64,000 nt of DNA from an uncultured delta proteobacterium (GTDB lineage: Bacteria > Myxococcota > Myxococcia > Myxococcales > Anaeromyxobacteraceae), in contig CAVYBH010000013.1 in NCBI GenBank assembly GCA_963766715.1, positions 1 to 64,000 on the forward strand, given 5' to 3'. The notes beneath the pieces were generated by a model. That model did not search any database and was not told where the DNA came from. It worked only from the letters and a program-made list of their open reading frames with translations. Positions 53,155 through 62,872 of the stretch are shown here, piece by piece. A program made the position numbers and the translations under genes. Positions within the stretch are counted from its first letter, which is position 1; every line of letters begins with the position of its first letter.

Positions 53155-54036
53155 ATGGCCGACGGGCGGATCGAGCGAGCGTTCGTGAAGACGGCACTGG
53201 CGCTGGCCTCGCGCCCCGAGGTGGACCGGCTCATCTACGTGGCCGACACCCCCCTCGCGACGAGCGACCTGCGCGGGCGCCCCATCAAGCGCAAGCTGGT
53301 GTACGCGGTGACCACCGAGTCGCTCGCCCAGCAGCTGACGGACCGCAAGTTCGCCGCCGTGGTCATCCCCCCATTCGGCTACTCCCGGGTCGAGAAGGTC
53401 CGGGTGGCGGTCGTCGCCTGCCAGAGCGAGGGGCTCCTGAAGGAGGGGGACACGGTGCTGGCGCTGGCCGGGCACGACCGGAGCCTGGACACGCTCGTCC
53501 GCATCCGGATCGGCGCGGACGACGAAGAGGACCGGGTGCAGGTGAACGCCCTCGACCTGCCGTCGACGCACAGCGCCCAGGTGATGGAGCAGGTGATCCA
53601 CGTCGCGCTGGAGGTGGGCGCCCAGGGGTACGAGGGGCACCCGGTGGGCACCATCTTCATCGTCGGCGCGTCTCACCGGGTGATGGAGCAGAGCCGCCAG
53701 ATCACCCTCAATCCCTTCCAGGGCATGAGCGAGTCGGAGCGGAACGTGATGGACCCGACCATCCGCGAGGCGCTCAAGACCTTCGCCGTGCTCGACGGCG
53801 CCTTCGTGATCCGCGAGGACGGGACCGTCCTCGCCGCCGGCCGGTACCTCCAGGCCGGCAAGAACGAGGCCCGGCTTCCCGCGGGACTGGGCGCCCGCCA
53901 TCGCTCCGCCGCCGCCGTGACCGCCACCATCCCGGGCGCCATCGCCGTCACCGTCTCGCAGACCACGGGCGCCGTCCGGGTCTTCAAGGATGGCGAGATC
54001 GCCCTCGAGCTGCGGCAGACCGCTCGCCGCCTCTGA
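53155..54036 (+). CDS. Diadenylate cyclase (DisA_N/DAC domain, DacZ-like N-terminus)
   Basis: DGAF and GARHRSAA catalytic motifs, VSQTTG. Confidence 0.9.
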   Translation: MADGRIERAFVKTALALASRPEVDRLIYVADTPLATSDLRGRPIKRKLVYAVTTESLAQQLTDRKFAAVVIPPFGYSRVEKVRVAVVACQSEGLLKEGDTVLALAGHDRSLDTLVRIRIGADDEEDRVQVNALDLPSTHSAQVMEQVIHVALEVGAQGYEGHPVGTIFIVGASHRVMEQSRQITLNPFQGMSESERNVMDPTIREALKTFAVLDGAFVIREDGTVLAAGRYLQAGKNEARLPAGLGARHRSAAAVTATIPGAIAVTVSQTTGAVRVFKDGEIALELRQTARRL

Positions 54037-54058
54037 TCTCCGCCCCCCGGGACCTCCC

Positions 54059-55537
54059 TTGATCGATTCCGCCATCGCCCAGGGCCGCCGCTGGTCGGAC
54101 GAGACCCTGGCCGCCCTGCTCGTCGCCTTCTCCACGCTGCTGCACGTCGCCTACGCAGGGTTCGTTCCCCTCTCCCCGCAGGACGCCTACTACTGGCAGT
54201 ACGCCCGCCACCCGGCCCTCTCCTACTTCGACCACCCGCCGGCGGCCGCCTGGACCATCCGGGCGTTCACGCTCCTGCTGGGCGACTCGGAGCGCGTCGT
54301 GCGGCTGGCGGCGGCGGGGTGGTCGGCGGTCTTCTGCCTCTTCTTCTTCCTGGCAGGGCGCAGGCTGCTGGGGAGCCGGGGGGCCCTCGCCGCCACGGCG
54401 ATGATGCTCGTCACCCCCTTCTTCTCGCTGGGGCAGACCATCGTCACGCCCGACGGCCCGCTCGTGGCCGGCTGGATCGCCGCGTTCTACTTCACCGTCC
54501 GCGCGCTCCAGGACGATCGGCCGGCCTGGCTGCTCGCCGCCGGCCTGTCGGCGGGCGTGGCCTCGCTCGGCAAGTACACGGGCTTCCTCCTGCTGCCCCA
54601 GATCTTCCTGGCGCTGCTCCTCGACCGGCGGGGGCGCCGGATGCTCGCCACCCCGTACCCCTGGGCCGGGGCGGCCCTCGCGCTCGCCGTCTTCTCCCCG
54701 GTGGTGATCTGGAACGCCACCCACGGCTGGGCGAGCTTCGGGTTCCAGTTCGGCAAGCGCGGTCACGAGATGCAGCTCGAGCCGGTGCTGGTGGGGCGCT
54801 TCTTCGGCCTCCAGGCGCTCGTGGTCTCGCCCCTGCTCTTCCTCGTGCTCCTCGCCGCCATGGCCGTCTCGGTGCGGCGCTGGCGGGACGAGACCCTGCG
54901 CCTGTGCGCCCTCTTCTCCGTGCCCATGATGGCGCTCTGGATCGTCGTCTCCCCCTTTCACTGGGTGAAGATGAACTGGGCGGTGCCGGTGTACCCGACG
55001 GCCCTGCTCGCCGCGGTGGCCCTCTACGCGGCCCGTCCGGCGCGGTGGCGCGTCCTGCTCGTCGCCACGGTGTCGGTCGCCGCCTTCTCCACGCTCTTCC
55101 TCACGCTCATGCCGCTCGTCCCCGCCCTCCCCTTCCCGGCGCGCGACGACACCATGGCCGGCTGGAAGGAGCTGGCGGCGAGGGTCGCGCAGGAGCGCGG
55201 CCCGGACGGCCCGCTGCCCGTGATCGGGTGCTTCTACCGGACGGCCAGCACGCTGGCCTTCAACCTGCCCGGGCGCCCGGAGACCTTCTCGTCGAACGCC
55301 TTCGGGCGTCCCGGCCTGGCGTACGACTTCTGGACCGACCCGCGCACGCTGACCGGGCGCGAGGTCCTGGTGGTGGAGGACGACCGGGACCGGGGCTGGT
55401 GCGCGGCGCGCGCCACCCGTTGCGCACCGCTCGTCCCGCTCGAGCCGCTCGAGGTGAAGCGCGCGGGGAACCGGGTCACGACCTTCCGGCTCTGGCGCTG
55501 CGGCTACCTCGGACCGCCGGACGCCCCGGTGCCCTGA
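54059..55537 (+). CDS. Glycosyltransferase family 39/ArnT-like membrane protein
   Basis: DAYYW, YFDHPP, TPD and GKY motifs; many TM helices; start uncertain. Confidence 0.88.
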   Translation: MIDSAIAQGRRWSDETLAALLVAFSTLLHVAYAGFVPLSPQDAYYWQYARHPALSYFDHPPAAAWTIRAFTLLLGDSERVVRLAAAGWSAVFCLFFFLAGRRLLGSRGALAATAMMLVTPFFSLGQTIVTPDGPLVAGWIAAFYFTVRALQDDRPAWLLAAGLSAGVASLGKYTGFLLLPQIFLALLLDRRGRRMLATPYPWAGAALALAVFSPVVIWNATHGWASFGFQFGKRGHEMQLEPVLVGRFFGLQALVVSPLLFLVLLAAMAVSVRRWRDETLRLCALFSVPMMALWIVVSPFHWVKMNWAVPVYPTALLAAVALYAARPARWRVLLVATVSVAAFSTLFLTLMPLVPALPFPARDDTMAGWKELAARVAQERGPDGPLPVIGCFYRTASTLAFNLPGRPETFSSNAFGRPGLAYDFWTDPRTLTGREVLVVEDDRDRGWCAARATRCAPLVPLEPLEVKRAGNRVTTFRLWRCGYLGPPDAPVP

Positions 55538-56429
55538 CCGCTCCGGCCTCGCAGCCCTCGGCGAGGCGGCAGGTCGCGCAGCGCTCCGGGAGGCGGCGGG
55601 GCGGACAGTGCCCGCTCATCCCCAGGTGGCAGAGCGCGAAGTCGAAGCGGACCGGATCGGCGGGATCCGCCACCCGCAGCGCGGCCGTCACCTCCTCGGC
55701 GGTACGCCAGGAGAGGTCGCGACGCCGGGTCAGGCCGAGGCGACGCGCGACCCGGGCGACGTGGGTGTCGAGCGGCACGACGAGCGCGGAGGTGGGCACG
55801 CCCTTCCACAGGCCGAGGTCGACGCCGTCCGGACCTCGCACCATCCATCTCAGGTAGAGGTTCCACCGCTTGGCCGCGCCGCCGGCGCCCGGGTCGGGAC
55901 AGAGGTGGCGGATTCCCCGTCCCCCGCGGGCGCCGAGCAGGGCGAGGGCGGGGGGCGCCTCCCGCACCTCCGCGGCGAAGCGCGTGAGGGCCTCGCGCAG
56001 GGGCGCCGCGGGCCGTTCGGCCTTCGCCCGCTCGAGGAGCGAGGCGAAGCGCGCGCCCAGGGACCCGTGCCGTCCTCGCACCCAGCCGGCCGCGGCCAGG
56101 AGCGCGGCCACGTCCTCGCCGGTGTTGAACCGGTAGCGGAAGCCGGAGAGCGGGCTCGCGTCGGGGTCGCGGGAGAGCCGGTCCGCGAAGGCCGCCGGCG
56201 ACGGCGAGGCGATCCGGAGCACCCATTCGATCTTCGGCTTGAAGAGGTCGGCGCGGCCGTAGGCCAGGCAGGCGGCGAGCAGCCCGGCCACCTCCGCGTC
56301 GGCGGGGTCCGCGTAGCGGCGCGGGAACTCGACCGGATCGGCGGTCAGGCGCGCGGTGACGTCGAAGCCGCGCTGGAACTGGTCCAGGATCGGCGCCAGC
56401 CGGCCGGCACGCACGCCCCGCCGGCTCAA
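55476..56429 (-). CDS. TIGR02757/DUF2400 family protein
   Basis: DPVEFPRRY, LAYG, KRWNLYLRWMVR, PLDTHV and DPVRFDFAL motifs. Confidence 0.9.
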   Translation of the reverse strand: MSRRGVRAGRLAPILDQFQRGFDVTARLTADPVEFPRRYADPADAEVAGLLAACLAYGRADLFKPKIEWVLRIASPSPAAFADRLSRDPDASPLSGFRYRFNTGEDVAALLAAAGWVRGRHGSLGARFASLLERAKAERPAAPLREALTRFAAEVREAPPALALLGARGGRGIRHLCPDPGAGGAAKRWNLYLRWMVRGPDGVDLGLWKGVPTSALVVPLDTHVARVARRLGLTRRRDLSWRTAEEVTAALRVADPADPVRFDFALCHLGMSGHCPPRRLPERCATCRLAEGCEAGAVRAPGRPAVRGSRSARAGRS

Positions 56430-56432
56430 CGG

Positions 56433-56957
56433 TCAACCCTTGCCGGGGGCCGGGGCGTGCTTCGCGAGCTCGAAGACCACGTGCCCCAGCTCCGGCCCGA
56501 TGAGCTGCTCCCAGGCCAGCCGGACGGCCGCCGTCGATCCGGGAACCGAGAAGATCACCATTCCCTCCCAGGTTCCCGCCACCGCGCGGGAGAGCATGGC
56601 CGCGCTGCCGATCTCCTGGAAGGAGAGCGAGCGGAAGATCTCGCCGAAGCCGTCGAGCCGCTTCTCCAGGAGCCCGGCCACGGCCTCGTAGGTCCGGTCG
56701 CGCGCGGAGATCCCGGTGCCCCCGTTCACCACCACCGCCTCGGCCCCGGCCGCCGCCGCGGCGGCCAGCGCCGCCCGCACCTCGTCCGGCTCGTCCCGCA
56801 CCACGCGGTAGCCGGCCAGCACGTGACCCGCCGAGGCGAGCACCGACTTCAGGTAGGACCCGCTCGCGTCCTCGGCCTCCCCGCGGGAATCGGAGGCGGT
56901 GAGGACGAAGACCCGGACCGGCCGGGCGCCCTTTCGACGGTGCTCCTCGTGGCCCAC
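56433..56957 (-). CDS. moaB: Molybdenum cofactor biosynthesis protein MoaB/MogA
   Basis: TASDSR, GGTGISARD, GFGEIFR and SRAVAG motifs. Confidence 0.92.
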   Translation of the reverse strand: MGHEEHRRKGARPVRVFVLTASDSRGEAEDASGSYLKSVLASAGHVLAGYRVVRDEPDEVRAALAAAAAAGAEAVVVNGGTGISARDRTYEAVAGLLEKRLDGFGEIFRSLSFQEIGSAAMLSRAVAGTWEGMVIFSVPGSTAAVRLAWEQLIGPELGHVVFELAKHAPAPGKG

Positions 56958-56968
56958 GGGTGCCTCCG

Positions 56969-57593
56969 TCACTCCAGCTCGAGCTTGGGCTGGGTCATGG
57001 GGATGTCCTTCCGTGCGCTGGCGATCGACTGCTCGACGGCCTTCCGGTCGGGCGCGTCGGGCGCCATCGTCACGTAGATGCTGAACTCCTGGATGGCCCG
57101 GTTGCGGTCCCCGAGCCGGCGATAGGCCTCGCCCGCGACCTTGTGGGCCTGGGGGGAGTCGCCCGCCGCGAGCGACGCCTGGGCGAACGCGAGGGCCTCC
57201 CTGGGCCGGTCGGCCCGGAGGAGCGCAAACGCCGCCTGGACGAGGCCGACGGGCTCTCCGGAGGCGAGCAGGCGCTGGGAGCCGAACCCCACCGGCCGCA
57301 GGACCAGGTCGACCCGGCTGCCCGCCAGCTTCGCGCCCGACAGCCGGATCTCGGCCGGCTCGAAGCCGGGGGCCGTCGCCCGGATCAGGTAGCTGCCCTC
57401 CTCGTCGGGGACCGGGAGGGAGAGCGGCGCCTTGCCGATCTCGACGCCGTTCGAGGTCGACCAGGGCGCCGGGCGGCAGGGTCTCCACGTAGACCTCGGG
57501 CGGGACGGCCTGCTTCCAGGTGACGGGCTGCGCGGAAGCACAGGCGACCAGCAGTCCTGCGAGAGTCACGGCGGCGATCGTTCGCGGCGTCAT
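56969..57593 (-). CDS. PEGA + TPR lipoprotein (frameshift near 57455)
   Basis: LLVAC lipobox, TLPPGALV..NGVEIGKAP PEGA motif, C-terminal TPR. Confidence 0.78.
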
Positions 57594-57621
57594 GTCTGGG
57601 ACCAGGGTTATACACCCGGGG

Positions 57622-59347
57622 ATGGCCGACAAGATCGCCGTGGCCCGGGCCCTCCGGGAGCTGGGGATGCTGCTCGAGGTGAAGGGGGAGAACCCCTTCA
57701 AGGTCCGCGCCTACGAGAACGGCGCGCGCACGCTCGAGGAGCTTCCCGGCAGCCTGGACGAGGTGATCGCGGCCGGCACCCTCACCGAGCTTCCCGGAAT
57801 CGGCGAGGCGCTGGCGAAGAAGATCGACGAGCTGGCCCGGACCGGGAGGCTCCCGCTCCTCGACAAGGTCCGGGCGGAGCTGCCGGCGGGCATCGGCGAC
57901 CTGCTCCGGATCCCGGACCTCGGCCCGAAGAAGATCGCCGCCCTCCTCGCCGCGCTCGGGATCGGGAGCGTGGCGGAGCTGGAGGCCGCCTGCCGGGACG
58001 GGCGGGTCCGCGAGGTGAAGGGCTTCGGGGAGAAGACCGAGAAGAAGATCCTGGAGGGCATCCACCGGATGCGGACCGCGTCGACCCGGGTCCTTCTCTC
58101 CGACGCCCGGGAGATCGGCAACCACCTCGTCCGCTACCTCCGGGCCACCGGCGCCGCCGAGCGCGTGGAGCTGGCCGGCTCGGCCCGCCGGTGGAAGGAG
58201 ACGGTGGGCGACCTCGACGTCGTGGCCGGGTCGCGCCATCCGGAGGTCCTCTCCGACGCCCTCGTCGCCTTCCCGGGCGTCGAGTCGGTGGTCGCGAAGG
58301 GCGACACGAAGACCACCATCCACCTCGCGGGCGGCCTCTCGGTGGACCTGCGCGTGGTGCCCCCGGAGGAGTTCCCCAGCCTCCTGCAGCACATGACGGG
58401 CTCGAAGGAGCACAACGTCCGGCTGCGCGGGCTGGCCCGCGACCGGGGGCTCACGCTCTCCGAGTGGGGGCTGGAGCGGCTGGACGGCGGGGGCAAGGTC
58501 CCGCTCTCCACGGAGGACGACGTCTACCGCGCCCTGGGCATGCAGCCCGTGCCTCCCGAGCTTCGCCAGGACACCGGCGAGATCGACGCCGCGCTGGGCG
58601 GACGCCTCCCCGCGGACCTCATCCAGCTCGAGGACGTGAAGGGGATGGTCCACGTCCACACCACCTGGTCGGACGGGCGCGCCTCCCTCGAGGAGATGGC
58701 GCGGGCGGCCCAGGAGATGGGGATGGAGTACCTGACCATCACCGACCACAGCCGGAGCGCCGCCTACGCCGGCGGGCTCGACGTGGAGCGGCTGAAGGCG
58801 CAGTGGGACGAGATGGCCCAGGTCCAGGAGCGGGTGAAGATCCGGCTCCTGCGGGGCACCGAGGCCGACATCCTGGACGGCGGGCTCCTCGACTGGCCCG
58901 ACGCGGTGCTGGAGCAGCTCGACGTGGTCATCGCCAGCGTCCATTCGCGCATGAAGATGGACGCGGAGCAGATGACCCAGCGGCTCGTCCGCACCATGGA
59001 GCTGCCCTTCTTCAAGATTCTGGGGTCACGCCACCGGCCGGCTCCTGCTCGAGCGGGATCCCTACGGGCTCGACATGGAGAAGGTGCTCGACGCCGCGGC
59101 CGCCTCCCGGGTCGCGGTCGAGGTGAACGGCGACCCGCACCGGCTCGACATGGAGCCGCGCCACCTGCGCATGGCGCGGGAGCGCGGGATTCCCATCGTC
59201 CTCTGCACCGACGCGCACTCGGTGGCCGGGCTCGGGAACCTCCCCTACGCCGTGATGACGGCCCGGCGGGCCTGGGTCACGAAGGGAGAGGTGCTGAACA
59301 CCTTGCCCGCGGCCGGGTTCGCCGCGCGGGTGCGCCCTTCCCCATGA
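57622..59347 (+). CDS. polX: DNA polymerase X / PHP exonuclease (frameshift near 59020)
   Basis: GENPFKVRAY, HhH motifs, GDLD, TGSKEHN, HVHTTWSDG and TDAH motifs. Confidence 0.95.
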
Positions 59348-59364
59348 AGAGGTGGGTCCCCTCC

Positions 59365-59382
59365 AGTTCAACCGGTTGAACT
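59365..59382. promoter_or_regulatory. Perfect 18-bp palindrome, candidate operator
   Basis: AGTTCAACCGGTTGAACT is its own reverse complement. Confidence 0.6.
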
Positions 59383-59480
59383 TCGAGCGGGCGTCGCCCG
59401 CGCGGATGCGCCCTTCGGCGTGAGGAGGATCCCCTCCATTTCCTTCGCCGCCTCCGGCGCGCGGGGTACATTCCGCGGCG

Positions 59481-60806
59481 ATGTCGACCCTGCGAAGCCG
59501 CCGCGTCCAGTTCGCCGGCCTGCTCATGCTCTCCTCGGGCATGCCGCTCGGCTTCGTCATGAACACCCTCCAGGTGTTCCTGCGAGGCGCCGGCGTGAGC
59601 CTGAAGACCATCGGGCTCCTGCAGGTCGTGTCGGTGCCCTGGTCCTTCAAGTTCCTCTGGGCGCCGCTCGTCGACCGCTTCTCCTTGCCCTGGCTGGGCC
59701 GGAGGCGGGGCTGGATCGCCGCCATGCAGCTCTCGCTCACCGCGGCGCTCGGCGGGCTGGCCGCCTACGTCGCCCGTCACCTCGTTCCCGGCCCCTCCGG
59801 ACGCGAGGTCCTGACGGCCGGCGCGGCCACGGGCGTGGCGCTCTTCGCGCTCGGCATCGCCTTCCTGTCGGCCACCCAGGACATCGCGCTCGACGCCTAC
59901 ACGGTCGAGGTCCTCGACAAGGACGAGGTGGGACCGGCCAGCGGCCTGCGCATCATGTGGTACCGCATCGGCATGCTGGTGGCCGGCGCGCTCTCCATCT
60001 TCGCGTCGGAGTGGGTGCCCTGGCCGTGGGTCTTCGCCTCCCTCGGCGCGGTCTTCGCGCTGCTCGTGCTGCTCACGCTGGCCGCCCCGGAGCCCCGGGT
60101 GGTCGCGGCGGCGCCCCGCACCTTCCAGGAGGCGGTGGTCGAGCCGTTCCGGAACTTCTTCCAGCGGCGGCGCGCCGTCGAGGTCGCCCTCTTCCTGGTC
60201 TTCTACAAGTTCGGCGACAACCTGGGCGGGTCGATGGTGAACCCGTTCCTGAAGGACCTCTGCTTCTCCAACGCCGAGATCGGGCTGATGGTGAAGACCA
60301 TCGGCACCGCGGCCACCATCGCCGGCGCCGGCGCCGGCGCCGCGCTCATGACCCGGCTGGGCATCGCCCGGGCGCTCTGGGTGTTCGGCTTCGCCCAGGC
60401 CGGGGGCAACCTCCTCTACGCGCTGGCGGCGGCCACCCATCCCGGCGCCACCGACGTGCTGCTCTGCGGGGGCGCGTCGGTCTCGGCGGCCACGCGCGCC
60501 GCCACCTACCTGGCCATCGCCGGCGAGTACGCCTCGCAGGGCATGGCCACCTCGGCCCTGCTCGCCTACATCACGCGGCTCTGCGACCGGCGCTACAGCG
60601 CCACGCAGTACGCGCTCCTCTCCAGCCTGTTCGGCCTGGGACGCACGCTCTCCGGGCCTCCCAGCGGCTGGATGGCCGAGCGGCTGGGCTACGAGTGGTT
60701 CTTCCTGTCGGCGGCCCTGCTGGCGGTGCCCGGCTTCCTGTTCCTGCAGCGGGTCGCGCCCATCCAGCAGCGCGAGCTGCCGGCGGGCGAGCTTCCCGGC
60801 GCCTGA
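59481..60806 (+). CDS. ampG: AmpG family muropeptide MFS transporter
   Basis: SSGMP, KFLWAPLVD, SATQDIALDAY and ATQYALLSS motifs. Confidence 0.92.
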   Translation: MSTLRSRRVQFAGLLMLSSGMPLGFVMNTLQVFLRGAGVSLKTIGLLQVVSVPWSFKFLWAPLVDRFSLPWLGRRRGWIAAMQLSLTAALGGLAAYVARHLVPGPSGREVLTAGAATGVALFALGIAFLSATQDIALDAYTVEVLDKDEVGPASGLRIMWYRIGMLVAGALSIFASEWVPWPWVFASLGAVFALLVLLTLAAPEPRVVAAAPRTFQEAVVEPFRNFFQRRRAVEVALFLVFYKFGDNLGGSMVNPFLKDLCFSNAEIGLMVKTIGTAATIAGAGAGAALMTRLGIARALWVFGFAQAGGNLLYALAAATHPGATDVLLCGGASVSAATRAATYLAIAGEYASQGMATSALLAYITRLCDRRYSATQYALLSSLFGLGRTLSGPPSGWMAERLGYEWFFLSAALLAVPGFLFLQRVAPIQQRELPAGELPGA

Positions 60807-60836
60807 CAGGCGTCCCGGTCTACGGCGTCTCCGGCG

Positions 60837-61539
60837 CTACTTGCGCTCGCCGCGGGCCCGCGCCTCGGCGGCCAGCTCGCGCACCGAGAACCCGGGGGTC
60901 TGGCTGAACTCGTCGCCCGAGTCCTGGCCGAAGGGACGGGCCGCGGCGCGGTCGAGCTTCAGGGCCGCGTCGGTCAGCTTCGAGGGGCGGACCAGCCACG
61001 GGTCCTTCTCGTAGGAGACCGGCGGCCCGCGGAGCAGCCGCTTCTCGTCGTAGATCTGACCCTTCGCGCGTGTAGGTCGGCGGGGGGTGGTCGCCGGTGT
61101 CCATGCGGATGGCGTCCTTGGGGCACGCCTCCACGCAGAAGCCGCAGACCACGCAGCGCAGCTCGTCGATCACGAATTTCTTCGGATACTTCTCGATGGG
61201 GTCGCCCTCGACCTCGGCGGCCTCGATGTAGATGCACTGCGCCGGGCAGGCGGTGGCGCACATGAAGCAGGCCACGCAGCGGGGGCTGCCGTCCGGCCGG
61301 GGAACCAGCCGGTGCAGCCCGCGGTAGCCGGCCGGGTACGCCGCCTTCTCCTCCGGGTACATGAGCGTGGTGACCCGGTTCTGGGCGCGGTCGCGCTCGA
61401 GGATGTCCGGGTTGGTGTCGCGGGAGAAGAAGGCGTTGCGCCAGAAGGTCTTCACCACGAGCCCGATGGCCCGGAAGATCTCCGGGAAGTACAGGCTCTC
61501 GCGGACGTTGGCGGGCTGGTTCTCGAGCTGGTAGGCCAT
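60837..61539 (-). CDS. nuoI: NADH-quinone oxidoreductase subunit I (frameshift near 61060)
   Basis: [16 protein letters not shown] and [12 protein letters not shown] motifs; corrected frame ends at TAG 60837. Confidence 0.93.
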
Positions 61540-61543
61540 GGCG

Positions 61544-62872
61544 TCAGTGTCCCGCGGCGGGGGCGGCGTGTCCGTGCGCGTCGCCGTGTTCGTGTCCGTG
61601 CCCGGCCTGCTCCGGCTTGCTCACCGCCATCGTGATCCCGAAGATGACGGCGATCTCGGCGACGCCGATCCAGGCCAGCAGCTGCAGCGTGGGATCGAGG
61701 AGCACCGCGGCGCCGGTCACGAAGACGTTCACGATGGCGCCGGGGAGCAGGAGCTTCCAGCACAGGCCCTGGATCTGGTCGTAGCGGAAGCGGGGCAGCA
61801 GCCAGCGGATGACGAGCTGGATCCAGGTGAGCAGGATCACCTTGGCGAGGAAGGAGGCCGCGCAGATCGCGGCGAAGAGCACCGGATCGAGGTTGGCCTT
61901 CATCCAGCCCTCGAAGAAGATCGGGTGCCACCCGCCCAGGAAGACCGCGGCGGTCAGGGCGGCCAGGATCACCACCTCGACGAACTCGGCCAGGAAGAGC
62001 AGGCCGAACTTCATGCCGGAGTACTCGAGGAAGTAGCCGACGATCTCGCTCTCGCCCTCGGGCAGGTCGAACGGGGCGCGCTTGGTCTCGGCGAAGGAGC
62101 TGGTGAAGAAGACGAGGAACCCGAGCGGCTGGAGGAGGAGCCCCAGCGCCGGGACGGGGCCGAGCACGTCGGCGCCCTGGGCGATGGCCATCTGCTGCAG
62201 GCTCACCGTCCGGTAGGCGATCATCACGCCCACCAGCGAGAGGCCGAGGGAGACCTCGTAGCTGATCATCTGGGCGCTGGCGCGCACCGCGCCGAGCAGG
62301 CCCATGCGGTTGTTGGAGGCCCAGCCGGCCAGCGTCGTCCCGTAGACCGAGAGCCCGGCGAGCGCGAAGATCCAGAGCAGGCCGGCGTCGGGGTTCGCGA
62401 CCCACATCCCCACGTTCTGGCCGAGGACCCGGGCCTCCGGACCGACCGGGATCACGGCGAAGAGCGCGAAGGTGGGGGAGAAGGCCAGCACCGGCGCCAG
62501 CTCGAAGAGGAACTTGGAGCGGGCCGCCGGGAGGATCGCCTCCTTGGTGAGCATCTTGAGGGCGTCGGCGAGCAGGTAGGGCACGCCGCCCAGGGCCGTT
62601 CCGAAGACCTTGATGCGGTTGGCGCCGACGCGGTCCTGCATGGCGGCCGACCACTTGCGCTCGGCCACCGTGAGGAGCGCCGCCACCGTCATGAGCGTCA
62701 CCGCCATGAGCGTGATGGCGTTCACGATCGAGCTGCCGAAGAAGCCCGGCAGGCCCAGCGCCACCGCGCCCTGCGCGCCCAGGGCCGCCAGCAGGTAGAA
62801 GGCGTAGAAGAGGCCGACCAGGCCGACCAGGACGGCGCCGATGACCGCCCACATCCCCACGAATCGCTTCAC
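61544..62872 (-). CDS. nuoH: NADH-quinone oxidoreductase subunit H
   Basis: ERK..QDRVG, ADALK, AQMISYE, PFDLPE and PRFRYDQ motifs. Confidence 0.95.
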   Translation of the reverse strand: MKRFVGMWAVIGAVLVGLVGLFYAFYLLAALGAQGAVALGLPGFFGSSIVNAITLMAVTLMTVAALLTVAERKWSAAMQDRVGANRIKVFGTALGGVPYLLADALKMLTKEAILPAARSKFLFELAPVLAFSPTFALFAVIPVGPEARVLGQNVGMWVANPDAGLLWIFALAGLSVYGTTLAGWASNNRMGLLGAVRASAQMISYEVSLGLSLVGVMIAYRTVSLQQMAIAQGADVLGPVPALGLLLQPLGFLVFFTSSFAETKRAPFDLPEGESEIVGYFLEYSGMKFGLLFLAEFVEVVILAALTAAVFLGGWHPIFFEGWMKANLDPVLFAAICAASFLAKVILLTWIQLVIRWLLPRFRYDQIQGLCWKLLLPGAIVNVFVTGAAVLLDPTLQLLAWIGVAEIAVIFGITMAVSKPEQAGHGHEHGDAHGHAAPAAGH

